Origin: Auanema rhodensis
Lineage: Eukaryota > Animalia > Nematoda
DNA length: 64,000 nt
Assembly: GCA_964057225.1 (NCBI GenBank)
Contig: OZ059899.1
Coordinates: forward strand, 17,608,001 to 17,672,000
Direction of reading: 5' to 3'
Every line of letters begins with the position of its first letter. The first letter of the stretch is position 1. The translations under genes and the position numbers were made by a program. Positions 1 through 13,546 of this stretch are shown piece by piece. Under the pieces are notes generated by a model. That model was given only the letters and a program-made list of their open reading frames with translations. It ran no database searches and had not been told where the DNA came from.

Positions 1-779
1 TCAAAATGTTTTTGGAAGCAATGTTGAGTGTACATGGAAACTCAACATACACTAATGCATCATTTTTCAAACGATCATGACTAATTTTTGTATTGAGGGT
101 TTCTCAATGTAGTATAGTGCATTCGATGCGGATTTTTAAGCTGCGTCGATCTGTGTTATCAGATTTGCGCTAGCTTAAAAATGCACCGAGATATCAACTG
201 ATATAAGTTCACACTTATAATCTCGATTTTCACCCTGAAGAATTAATTTTTTTGTTGAATAACATTGTCCATCGTCTTCACCTTGAAAAAAGGAATCTAA
301 AAACATCTACTTTTTGTAAAATTATTTTGAAATTTTTAGGGAAAATTTTTGTCAAAATGTTTTTGGAAGCAATGTTGAGTGTACATGGAAACTCAACATA
401 CACTAATGCATCATTTTTCAAACGATCATAACTAATTTTTGTATTAAGAGTTTCTCAATGTAGTATAGTGCATTCGATGCGGATTTTTAAGCTGCGTCGA
501 TCTGTGTTATCAGATTTGCGCTAGCTTAAAAAAGCACCGAGATATCAACTGATATAAGTTCACACTTATATCCTCGATTTTCACCCTGAAGAATTAATTT
601 TTTTGTTGAATAACATTGTCCATCGTCTTCGCCTTGAAAAAAGGAATCTAAAAACATCTACTTTTCGTGAAATTATTTCGAAATTTTTAGGTAAAATTTT
701 TGTCAAAATGTTTTTGAAAGCAATGTTGAGTGTACATGGAAACTCAACATACACTAATGCATCATTTTTCAAACGATCA

Positions 780-2200
780 TAACTAATTTTTGTATTAAGA
801 GTTTCTCAATGTAGTATAGTGCATTTGATGCGGATTTTTAAGCTGCGTCGATCTGTGTTATCAGATTTGCGCTAGCTTAAAAATGCACCAAGATATCAAC
901 TGAAATAAGTTAACACATATATCCTCGATTTTCACCCTGAAGAATTAATTTTTTCGTTGAATAACATTGTCCATCGTCTTCGCCTTGAAAAAAGGAATCT
1001 AAAAACATCTACTTTTTGTGAAATTATTTTGAAACTTTTAGGGAAAATTTTTGTCAAAATGTTTTTGGAAGCAATGTTGAGTGTACATGGAAACTCAACA
1101 TACACTAATGCATCATTTTTCAAACGATCATAACTAATTTTTGTATTAAGAGTTTCTCAATGTAGTATAGTGCATTCGATGCGGATTTTTAAGCTGCGTC
1201 GATCTGTGTTATCAGATTTGCGCTAGCTTAAAAAAGCACCGAGATATCAACTGTTATAAGTTCACACTTATATCCTCGATTTTCACCCTGAAGAATTAAT
1301 TTTTTTGTTGAATAACATTGTCCATCGTCTTCGCCTTGAAAAAAGAAATCTAAAAACATCTACTTTTTGTGAAATTATTTTGAAATTTTTAGGCAAAATT
1401 TTTGTCAAAATGTTTTTGAAAGCAATGTTGAGTGTACATGGAAACTCAACATACACTAATGCATCATTTTTCAAACGATCATAACTAATTTTTGTATTAA
1501 GAGTTTCTCAATGTAGTATAGTGCATTCGATGCGGATTTTTAAGCTGCGTCGATCTGTGTTATCAGATTTGCGCTAGCTTAAAAATGCACCAAGATATCA
1601 ACTGAAATAAGTTAACACATATATCCTCGATTTTCACCCTGAAGAATTAATTTTTTCGTTGAATAACATTGTCCATCGTCTTCGCCTTGAAAAAAGGAAT
1701 CTAAAAACATCTACTTTTTGTGAAATTATTTTGAAACTTTTAGGGAAAATTTTTGTCAAAATGTTTTTGGAAGCAATGTTGAGTGTACATGGAAACTCAA
1801 CATACACTAATGCATCATTTTTCAAACGATCATAACTAATTTTTGTATTAAGAGTTTCTCAATGTAGTATAGTGCATTCGATGCGGATTTTTAAGCTGCG
1901 TCGATCTGTGTTATCAGATTTGCGCTAGCTTAAAAAAGCACCGAGATATCAACTGTTATAAGTTCACACTTATATCCTCGATTTTCACCCTGAAGAATTA
2001 ATTTTTTTGTTGAATAACATTGTCCATCGTCTTCGCCTTGAAAAAAGGAATCTAAAAACATCTACTTTTTGTGAAATTATTTTGAAATTTTTAGGCAAAA
2101 TTTTTGTCAAAATGTTTTTGAAAGCAATGTTGAGTGTACATGGAAACTCAACATACACTAATGCATCATTTTTCAAACGATCATAACTAATTTTTGTATT
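780..2200 (-). repeat. Local dimeric (702-bp) higher-order repeat of 351-mers
   Basis: Monomer types alternate. The rare alleles gaaacttt, gcaccaag and tgaaataagttaacacata (monomers 932/1634) and actgttata, aggcaaaa (monomers 1283/1985) recur at 702-bp spacing. Confidence 0.8.
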
Positions 2201-3199
2201 AAGCGTTTTTCAATGTAGTATAGTGCATTCGATGCTGATTTTTAAGCTGCGTCGATCTGTGTTATCAGATTTGCGCTAGCTTAAAAATGCACCGAGATAT
2301 CAACTGATATAAGTTTACACTTATATCCTCGATTTTCACCCTGGAGAATTAATTTTTTCGTTGAATAACATTGTCCATCGTCTTCGCCTTGAAAAAAGGA
2401 ATCTAAAAACATCTACTTTTTGTGAAATTATTTTGAAATTTTTAGGGAAAATTTTGGTCAAAATGTTTTTGGAAGCAATGTTGAGTGTACATGGAAACTC
2501 AACATACACTAATGCATCATTTTTCAAACGATCATGACTAATTTTTGTATTGAGGGTTTCTCAATGTAGTATAGTGCATTCGATGCGGATTTTTAAGCTG
2601 CGTCGATCTGTGTTATCAGATTTGCGCTAGCTTAAAAATGCACCGAGATATCAACTAATATAAGTTCACACTTATATCCTCGATTTTCACCCTGAAGAAT
2701 TAATTTTTTTGTTGAATAACATTGTCCATCGTCTTCGCCTTGAAAAAAGGAATCTAAAAACATCTACTTTTCGTGAAATTATTTCGAAATTTTTAGGTAA
2801 AATTTTTGTCAAAATGTTTTTGAAAGCAATGTTGAGTGTACATGGAAACTCAACATACACTAATGCATCATTTTTCAAACGATCATGACTAATTTTTGTA
2901 TTGAGGGTTTCTCAATGTAGTATAGTGCATTCGATGCGGATTTTTAAGCTGCGTCGATCTGTGTTATCAGATTTGCGCTAGCTTAAAAATGCACCGAGAT
3001 ATCAACTGAAATAAGTTAACACATATATCCTCGATTTTCACCCTGAAGAATTAATTTTTTCGTTGAATAACATTGTCCATCGTCTTCGCCTTGAAAAAAG
3101 GAATCTAAAAACATCTACTTTTTGTGAAATTATTTTGAAATTTTTAGGGAAAATTTTTGTCAAAATGTTTTTGGAAGCAATGTTGAGTGTACATGGAAA

Positions 3200-4990
3200 C
3201 TCAACATACACTAATGCATCATTTTTCAAACGATCATAACTAATTTTTGTATTAAGAGTTTCTCAATGTAGTATAGTGCATTTGATGCGGATTTTTAAGC
3301 TGCGTCGATCTGTGTTATCAGATTTGCGCTAGCTTAAAAATGCACCGAGATATCAACTGTTATAAGTTCACACTTATATCCTCGATTTTCACCCTGAAGA
3401 ATTAATTTTTTTGTTGAATAACATTGTCCATCGTCTTCGCCTTGAAAAAAGAAATCTAAAAACATCTACTTTTTGTGAAATTATTTTGAAATTTTTCGGG
3501 AAAATTTTTGTCAAAATGTTTTTGAAAGCAATGTTGAGTGTACATGGAAACTCAACATACACTAATGCATCATTTTTCAAACGATCATAACTAATTTTTG
3601 TATCAAGCGTTTCTCAATGTTGTATAGTGCATTCGATGCGGATTTTTAAGCTGCGTCGATCTGTGTTATCAGATTTGCGCTAGCTTAAAAATGCACCGAG
3701 ATATCAACTGATATAAGTTTACACTTATATCCTCGATTTTCACCCTGGAGAATTAATTTTTTCGTTGAATAACATTGTCCATCGTCTTCGCCTTAAAAAA
3801 AGGAATCTAAAAACATCTACTTTTTGTGAAATTATTTTGAAATTTTTAGGGAAAATTTTGGTCAAAATGTTTTTGGAAGCAATGTTGAGTGTACATGGAA
3901 ACTCAACATACACTAATGCATCATTTTTCAAACGATCATGACTAATTTTTGTATTGAGGGTTTCTCAATGTAGTATAGTGCATTCGATGCGGATTTTTAA
4001 GCTGCGTCGATCTGTGTTATCAGATTTGCGCTAGCTTAAAAATGCACCGAGATATCAACTGATATAAGTTCACACTTATATCCTCGATTTTCACCCTGAA
4101 AAATTGATTTTTTCGTTGAATAACATTGTCCATCGTCTTTGCCTTGAAAAAAGGAATCTAAAAACATCTACTTTTTGTGAAATTATTTTGAAATTTTTAG
4201 GGAAAATTTTTGTCAAAATGTTTTTGGAAGCAATGTTGAGTGTACATGGAAACTCAACATACACTAATGCATCATTTTTCAAACGATCATAACTAATTTT
4301 TGTATTAAGAGTTTCTCAATGTAGTATAGTGCATTTGATGCGGATTTTTAAGCTGCGTCGATCTGTGTTATCAGATTTGCGCTAGCTTAAAAATGCACCG
4401 AGATATCAACTGTTATAAGTTCACACTTATATCCTCGATTTTCACCCTGAAGAATTAATTTTTTTGTTGAATAACATTGTCCATCGTCTTCGCCTTGAAA
4501 AAAGAAATCTAAAAACATCTACTTTTTGTGAAATTATTTTGAAATTTTTCGGGAAAATTTTTGTCAAAATGTTTTTGAAAGCAATGTTGAGTGTACATGG
4601 AAACTCAACATACACTAATGCATCATTTTTCAAACGATCATAACTAATTTTTGTATCAAGCGTTTCTCAATGTAGTATAGTGCATTCGATGCGGATTTTT
4701 AAGCTGCGTCGATCTGTGTTATCAGATTTGCGCTAGCTTAAAAATGCACCGAGATATCAACTGATATAAGTTTACACTTATATCCTCGATTTTCACCCTG
4801 GAGAATTAATTTTTTCGTTGAATAACATTGTCCATCGTCTTCGCCTTGAAAAAAGGAATCTAAAAACATCTACTTTTTGTGAAATTATTTTGAAATTTTT
4901 AGGGAAAATTTTGGTCAAAATGTTTTTGGAAGCAATGTTGAGTGTACATGGAAACTCAACATACACTAATGCATCATTTTTCAAACGATC
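3200..4990 (-). repeat. Partial trimeric (1053-bp) repeat of 351-mers
   Basis: The allele run gcatttgatg / actgttata / tttttcggg / ctggag / ttttggtc recurs at +1053 (monomers 3389,3740 vs 4442,4793) with about two SNPs. Confidence 0.7.
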
Positions 4991-5547
4991 ATAACTAATT
5001 TTTGTATCAAGCGTTTCTCAATGTAGTATAGTGCATTCGATGCGGATTTTTAAGCTGCGTCGATCTGTGTTATCAGATTTGCGCTAGCTTAAAAAAGCAC
5101 CGAGATATCAACTGATATAAGTTCACACTTATATCCTCGATTTTCACCCTGAAGAATTAATTTTTTTGTTGAATAACATTGTCCATCGTCTTCGCCTTGA
5201 AAAAAGGAATCTAAAAACATCTACTTTTCGTGAAATTATTTCGAAATTTTTAGGTAAAATTTTTGTCAAAATGTTTTTGGAAGCAATGTTGAGTGTACAT
5301 GGAAACTCAACATACACTAATGCATCATTTTTCAAACGATCATGACTAATTTTTGTATTGAGGGTTTCTCAATGTTGTATAGTGCATTCGATGCGGATTT
5401 TTAAGCTGCGTCGATCTGTGTTATCAGATTTGCGCTAGCTTAAAAAAGCACCGAGATATCAACTGATATAAGTTCACACTTATATCCTCGATTTTCACCC
5501 TGAAGAATTAATTTTTTTGTTGAATAACATTGTCCATCGTCTTCACT

Positions 5548-8500
5548 TTGAAAAAAGGAATCTAAAAACATCTACTTTTTGTAAAATTATTTTGAAATTT
5601 TTAGGGAAAATTTTTGTCAAAATGTTTTTGGAAGCAATGTTGAGTGTACATGGAAACTCAACATACACTAATGCATCATTTTTCAAACGATCATAACTAA
5701 TTTTTGTATCAAGCGTTTCTCAATGTAGTATAGTGCATTCGATGCGGATTTTTAAGCTGCGTCGATCTGTGTTATCAGATTTGCGCTAGCTTAAAAAAGC
5801 ACCGAGATATCAACTGATATAAGTTCACACTTATATCCTCGATTTTCACCCTGAAGAATTAATTTTTTTGTTGAATAACATTGTCCATCGTCTTCGCCTT
5901 GAAAAAAGGAATCTAAAAACATCTACTTTTTGTGAAATTATTTTGAAATTTTTAGGGAAAATTTTTGTCAAAATGTTTTTGGAAGCAATGTTGAGTGTAC
6001 ATGGAAACTCAACATACACTAATACATCATTTTTTAAACGATCATAACTAATTTTTGTATTGAGGGTTTCTCAATGTAGTATAGTGCATTCGATGCGGAT
6101 TTTTAAGCTGCGTCGATCTGTGTTATCAGATTTGCGCTAGCTTAAAAAAGCACCGAGATATCAACTGATATAAGTTCACACTTATATCCTCGATTTTCAC
6201 CCTGAAAAATTGATTTTTTCGTTGAATAACATTGTCCATCGTCTTCGCCTTGAAAAAAGGAATCTAAAAACAACTACTTTTTGTGAAATTATTTCGAAAT
6301 TTTTAGGTAAAATTTTTGTCAAAATGTTTTTGAAAGCAATGTTGAGTGTACATGGAAACTCAACATACACTAATGCATCATTTTTCAAACGATCATGACT
6401 AATTTTTGTATTGAGCGTTTCTCAATGTAGTATAATGCACTCGATGCGGATTTTTAAGCTGCGTCGATCTGTGTTATCAGATTTGCGCTATCTTTAAAAT
6501 GCACCGATATATCAACTGATATAAGTTCACACTTATATCCTCGATTTTCACCCTGAAAATTTGATTTTTTCGTTGAATAACATTGTCCATCGTCTTCGCC
6601 TTGAAAAAAGGAATCTAAAAACATCTACTTTTTGTGAAATTATTTTGAAATTTTTAGGGAAAATTTTGGTCAAAATGTTTTTGGAAGCAATGTTGAGTGT
6701 ACATGGAAACTCAACATACACTAATGCATCATTTTTCAAACGTAAGCTGCGTCGATCTGTGTTATCAGATTTGCGCTAGCTTAAAAAAGCACCGAGATAT
6801 CAACTGATATAAGTTCACACTTATATCCTCGATTTTCACCCTGAAAAATTGATTTTTTCGTTGAATAACATTGTCCATCGTCTTCGCCTTGAAAAAAGGA
6901 ATCTAAAAACAACTACTTTTTGTGAAATTATTTCGAAATTTTTAGGTAAAATTTTTGTCAAAATGTTTTTGAAAGCAATGTTGAGTGTACATGGAAACTC
7001 AACATACACTAATGCATCATTTTTCAAACGATCATGACTAATTTTTGTATTGAGCGTTTCTCAATGTAGTATAATGCACTCGATGCGGATTTTTAAGCTG
7101 CGTCGATCTGTGTTATCAGATTTGCGCTATCTTTAAAATGCACCGATATATCAACTGATATAAGTTCACACTTATATCCTCGATTTTCACCCTGAAAATT
7201 TGATTTTTTCGTTGAATAACATTGTCCATCGTCTTCGCCTTGAAAAAAGGAATCTAAAAACATCTACTTTTTGTGAAATTATTTTGAAATTTTTAGGGAA
7301 AATTTTGGTCAAAATGTTTTTGGAAGCAATGTTGAGTGTACATGGAAACTCAACATACACTAATGCATCATTTTTCAAACGATCATAACTAATTTTTGTA
7401 TTAAGCGTTTCTCAATGTTGTATAGTGCATTCGATGCGGATTTTTAAGCTGCGTCGATCTGTGTTATCAGATTTGCGCTAGCTTAAAAATGCACCGAGAT
7501 ATCAACTGATATAAGTTCACACTTATATCCTCGATTTTCACCCTGAAAAATTGATTTTTTCGTTGAATAACATTGTCCATCGTCTTTGCCTTGAAAAAAG
7601 GAATCTAAAAACAACTACTTTCTGTGAAATTATTTCGAAATTTTTAGGGAAAATTTTTGTCAAAATGTTTTTGGAAGCAATGTTGAGTGTACATGGAAAC
7701 TCAACATACACTAATGCATCATTTTTCAAACGATCATAACTAATTTTTGTATTGAGCGTTTCTCAATGTTGTATAGTGCATTCGATGCGGATTTTTAAGC
7801 TGCGTCGATCTATGTTATCAGATTTGCGCTATCTTAAAAATGCACCGAGATATCAACTGATATAAGTTCACACTTATAATCTCGATTTTCACCCTGAAGA
7901 ATTAATTTTTTTGTTGAATAACATTGTCCATCGTCTTCACCTTGAAAAAAGGAATCTAAAAACATCTACTTTTTGTAAAATTATTTTGAAATTTTTAGGG
8001 AAAATTTTTGTCAAAATGTTTTTGGAAGCAATGTTGAGTGTACATGGAAACTCAACATACACTAATGCATCATTTTTCAAACGATCATAACTAATTTTTG
8101 TATCAAGCGTTTCTCAATGTAGTATAGTGCATTCGATGCGGATTTTTAAGCTGCGTCGATCTGTGTTATCAGATTTGCGCTAGCTTAAAAAAGCACCGAG
8201 ATATCAACTGATATAAGTTCACACTTATATCCTCGATTTTCACCCTGAAGAATTAATTTTTTTGTTGAATAACATTGTCCATCGTCTTCGCCTTGAAAAA
8301 AGGAATCTAAAAACATCTACTTTTTGTGAAATTATTTTGAAATTTTTAGGGAAAATTTTTGTCAAAATGTTTTTGGAAGCAATGTTGAGTGTACATGGAA
8401 ACTCAACATACACTAATACATCATTTTTTAAACGATCATAACTAATTTTTGTATTGAGGGTTTCTCAATGTAGTATAGTGCATTCGATGCGGATTTTTAA

Positions 8501-10585
8501 GCTGCGTCGATCTGTGTTATCAGATTTGCGCTAGCTTAAAAAAGCACCGAGATATCAACTGATATAAGTTCACACTTATATCCTCGATTTTCACCCTGAA
8601 AAATTGATTTTTTCGTTGAATAACATTGTCCATCGTCTTCGCCTTGAAAAAAGGAATCTAAAAACAACTACTTTTTGTGAAATTATTTCGAAATTTTTAG
8701 GTAAAATTTTTGTCAAAATGTTTTTGAAAGCAATGTTGAGTGTACATGGAAACTCAACATACACTAATGCATCATTTTTCAAACGATCATGACTAATTTT
8801 TGTATTGAGCGTTTCTCAATGTAGTATAATGCACTCGATGCGGATTTTTAAGCTGCGTCGATCTGTGTTATCAGATTTGCGCTATCTTTAAAATGCACCG
8901 ATATATCAACTGATATAAGTTCACACTTATATCCTCGATTTTCACCCTGAAAATTTGATTTTTTCGTTGAATAACATTGTCCATCGTCTTCGCCTTGAAA
9001 AAAGGAATCTAAAAACATCTACTTTTTGTGAAATTATTTTGAAATTTTTAGGGAAAATTTTGGTCAAAATGTTTTTGGAAGCAATGTTGAGTGTACATGG
9101 AAACTCAACATACACTAATGCATCATTTTTCAAACGTAAGCTGCGTCGATCTGTGTTATCAGATTTGCGCTAGCTTAAAAAAGCACCGAGATATCAACTG
9201 ATATAAGTTCACACTTATATCCTCGATTTTCACCCTGAAAAATTGATTTTTTCGTTGAATAACATTGTCCATCGTCTTCGCCTTGAAAAAAGGAATCTAA
9301 AAACAACTACTTTTTGTGAAATTATTTCGAAATTTTTAGGTAAAATTTTTGTCAAAATGTTTTTGAAAGCAATGTTGAGTGTACATGGAAACTCAACATA
9401 CACTAATGCATCATTTTTCAAACGATCATGACTAATTTTTGTATTGAGCGTTTCTCAATGTAGTATAATGCACTCGATGCGGATTTTTAAGCTGCGTCGA
9501 TCTGTGTTATCAGATTTGCGCTATCTTTAAAATGCACCGATATATCAACTGATATAAGTTCACACTTATATCCTCGATTTTCACCCTGAAAATTTGATTT
9601 TTTCGTTGAATAACATTGTCCATCGTCTTCGCCTTGAAAAAAGGAATCTAAAAACATCTACTTTTTGTGAAATTATTTTGAAATTTTTAGGGAAAATTTT
9701 GGTCAAAATGTTTTTGGAAGCAATGTTGAGTGTACATGGAAACTCAACATACACTAATGCATCATTTTTCAAACGATCATAACTAATTTTTGTATTAAGC
9801 GTTTCTCAATGTTGTATAGTGCATTCGATGCGGATTTTTAAGCTGCGTCGATCTGTGTTATCAGATTTGCGCTAGCTTAAAAATGCACCGAGATATCAAC
9901 TGATATAAGTTCACACTTATATCCTCGATTTTCACCCTGAAAAATTGATTTTTTCGTTGAATAACATTGTCCATCGTCTTTGCCTTGAAAAAAGGAATCT
10001 AAAAACAACTACTTTCTGTGAAATTATTTCGAAATTTTTAGGGAAAATTTTTGTCAAAATGTTTTTGGAAGCAATGTTGAGTGTACATGGAAACTCAACA
10101 TACACTAATGCATCATTTTTCAAACGATCATAACTAATTTTTGTATTGAGCGTTTCTCAATGTTGTATAGTGCATTCGATGCGGATTTTTAAGCTGCGTC
10201 GATCTATGTTATCAGATTTGCGCTATCTTAAAAATGCACCGAGATATCAACTGATATAAGTTCACACTTATAATCTCGATTTTCACCCTGAAGAATTAAT
10301 TTTTTTGTTGAATAACATTGTCCATCGTCTTCACCTTGAAAAAAGGAATCTAAAAACATCTACTTTTTGTAAAATTATTTTGAAATTTTTAGGGAAAATT
10401 TTTGTCAAAATGTTTTTGGAAGCAATGTTGAGTGTACATGGAAACTCAACATACACTAATGCATCATTTTTCAAACGATCATAACTAATTTTTGTATCAA
10501 GCGTTTCTCAATGTAGTATAGTGCATTCGATGCGGATTTTTAAGCTGCGTCGATCTGTGTTATCAGATTTGCGCTAGCTTAAAAA
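5548..10585 (-). repeat. 7-mer higher-order repeat, 2394 bp (6x351+288), about 2.1 near-identical copies
   Basis: ORF positions 6197/8591, 6548/8942, 6836/9230, 7187/9581 and 7538/9932 all differ by 2394. The truncated-monomer junction recurs at 6742 and 9136. Identity breaks at 8192 vs 10586. Confidence 0.92.
6104..7381 (-). repeat. Out-of-register 639-bp tandem duplication creating a 288-bp monomer (second instance 8498-9775)
   Basis: 6104-6742 (taagctgcg...caaacg) is repeated at 6743-7381. The junction caaacg|taagctg lacks 63 bp of the normal monomer. Confidence 0.9.
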
Positions 10586-11024
10586 TGCACCGAGATATCA
10601 ACTGATATAAGTTTACACTTATATCCTCGATTTTCACCCTGGAGAATCAATTTTTTCGTTGAATAACATTGTCCATCGTCTTCGCCTTGAAAAAAGGAAT
10701 CTAAAAACATCTACTTTTTGTGAAATTATTTTGAAATTTTTAGGGAAAATTTTGGTCAAAATGTTTTTGGAAGCAATGTTGAGTGTACATGGAAACTCAA
10801 CATACACTAATGCATCATTTTTCAAACGATCATGACTAATTTTTGTATTGAGGGTTTCTCAATGTAGTATAGTGCATTCGATGCGGATTTTTAAGCTGCG
10901 TCGATCTGTGTTATCAGATTTGCGCTAGCTTAAAAATGCACCGAGATATCAACTGATATAAGTTCACACTTATATCCTCGATTTTCACCCTGAAAAATTG
11001 ATTTTTTCGTTGAATAACATTGTG

Positions 11025-13544
11025 TACATGTCATGTGTTTACTGCTCTAGCTGGTTTTCAATTTTTATGAGATTTTGCATCATCTTACAACAAATTCAAT
11101 TAAATCTAACATGAAATATTTTTTCGTTTTGAAAAGCATTGAATATCATTGTTCCTTATAATATTGGATTTGAATATTGCTTCGTTAGTTTTATGATTTT
11201 TGCTACTACATGTCATGTGTTTACTGCTCTAGCTGGATTTCAATTTTTATGAGATTTTTCATCATCTTACAACAAATTCAATTGAATCTAACATGAGTTA
11301 TTTTTTCGTTTTGAAAAGCATTGAATATCATTGTTCCTTGTAATATTGGATTTGATTATTGCTTTGTTAGCTTTATGATTTTTGCTACTGTGTAGCTTCA
11401 GTTTGCTGCTCTAGCTGGTTTTCAATTTTTATGAGATATTTCATCATCTTACAACAAATTCAATTGAATCTAACATGAAATATTTTTTCGTTTTGAAAAG
11501 CATTGAATATCATTGTTCCTTGTAATATTGGATTTGATTATTGCTTTGTTAGCTTTATGATTTTTGCTACTGTGTAGCTTCAGTTTGCTGCTCTAGCTGG
11601 TTTTCAATTTTTATGAGATATTTCATCATCTTACAACAAATTCAATTGAATCTAACATGAAATATTTTTTCGTTTTGAAAAGCATTGAATATCATTGTTC
11701 CTTGTAATATTGGATTTGATTATTGCTTTGTTAGCTTCATGATTTTTGCTACTGTATAGCTTCAGTTTGCTGCTCTAGCTGGTTTTCAATTTTTATGAGA
11801 TTTTTCATCATCTTACAAGAAATTCAATTGAATCTAACATGAATTTTTTTTTCGTTTTGAAAAGCATTGAATATCATTGTTCCTTGTAATATTGGATTTG
11901 AATATTGCTTCGTTAGTTTTATGATTTTTGCTACTATATGTCATTTGTTTACTGCTCTAGCTGCTGTTCACTTTTTATGAGATTTTTCATCATCTTACAA
12001 CAAATTCAATTGAATCTAACATGAAATATTTTTTCGTTTTGAAAAGCATTGAATATCATTGTTCCTTATAATATTGGATTTGAATATTGCTTCGTTAGTT
12101 TTATGATTTTTGCTACTGTATAGCTTCAGTTTGCTGCTCTAGCTGGTTTTCAATTTTTATGAGATTTTTCATCATCTTACAACAAATTCAATTGAATCTA
12201 ACATGAGTTATTTTTTCGTTTTGAAAAGCATTGAATATCATTGTTCCTTGTAATATTGGATTTGATTATTGCTTTGTTAGCTTTATGATTTTTGCTACTG
12301 TATAGCTTCAGTTTGCTGCTCTAGCTGGTTTTCAATTTTTATGAGATTTTGCATCATCTTACAACAAATTCAATTAAATCTAACATGAAATATTTTTTCG
12401 TTTTGAAAAGCATTGAATATCATTGTTCCTTATAATATTGGATTTGAATATTGCTTCGATAGTTTTATGATTTTTGCTACTACATGTCATGTGTTTACTG
12501 CTCTAGCTGGTTTTCAATTTTTATGAGATTTTTCATCATCTTACAACAAATTCAATTGAATCTAACATGAGTTATTTTTTCGTTTTGAGAAGCATTGAAT
12601 ATCATTGTTCCTTGTAATATTGGATTTGATTATTGCTTTGTTAGCTTTATGATTTTTGCTACTGTGTAGCTTCAGTTTGCTGCTCTAGCTGGTTTTCAAT
12701 TTTTATGAGATTTTTCATCATCTTACAACAAATTCAATTGAATCTAACATGAAATATTTTTTCGTTTTGAAAAGCATTGAATATCATTGTTCCTTGTAAT
12801 ATTGGATTTGATTATTGCTTTGTTAGCTTTATGATTTTTGCTACTGTATAGCTTCAGTTTGCTGCTCTAGCTGGTTTTCACTTTTTATGAGATTTTTCAT
12901 CATCTTACAACAAATTCAATTGAATCTCATGTGAATTATTTTTTTTTTTAAAAAAGCATTGAATATCATTGTTCCTTATAATATTGGATTTGAATATTGC
13001 TTTGTTAGCTTTAAGATGTTTGCTTATGCATAGCTTCAGTTTGCTGCTCTAGCTGGTTTTCACTTTTTATGAGATTTTTCATCATCTTACAACAAATTCA
13101 ATTGAATCTCATGTGAATTATTTTTTTTTTTAAAAAAGCATTGAATATCATTGTTCCTTATAATATTGGATTTGAATATTGCTTTGTTAGCTTTATGATT
13201 TTTGCTACTGTTTAGCTTCAGTTTGCTGCTCTAGCTGGTTTTCACTTTTTATGAGATTTTTCATCATCTTACAACAAATTCAATTGAATCTCATGTGAAT
13301 TATTTTTTTTTTTAAAAAAGCATTGAATTTCATTGTTTCTTGTAATGATGGATTTGAATATTGCTTTGTTAGCTTTATGATTTTTGCTACTGTTTAGCTT
13401 CAGTTTGCTGCTCTAGCTGGTTTTCAATTTTTATGAGATTTTTCATCATCTTACAACAAATTCAATTGAATCTAACATGAAATATTTTTTCGTTTTGAAA
13501 AGCATTGAATTTCATTGTTTCTTGTAATGATGGATTTGAATATT
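11025..13544 (+). repeat. 182-bp satellite array, orientation 1 (about 13.8 monomers)
   Basis: gctctagctgg occurs at 11044, 11226, 11408... (period 182). No extended similarity to the 351-mer is visible by eye. Confidence 0.97.
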
Positions 13545-13546
13545 CA
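13537..13546. other. Inversion junction in the 182-bp satellite; perfect 10-bp palindrome TGAATATTCA
   Basis: The forward monomer matches to ...gatttgaatatt (13544), then one extra C, then the reverse-complement monomer starts atctcataaaaattg (13546). Confidence 0.95.

Larger units (their letters stand above)
1..11023 (-). repeat. 351-bp satellite array, left subfamily (about 32 monomers, two truncated to 288 bp); continues beyond window start
   Basis: The same motifs recur every 351 bp (ORF track 581, 932, 1283...). The array ends at ...gaataacattgt (11023). Typical alleles on + strand: ctgaagaa/ctgaaaaa/ctggagaa, ttcgccttg, tttagggaaa, tgtgaaatt. Confidence 0.98.
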
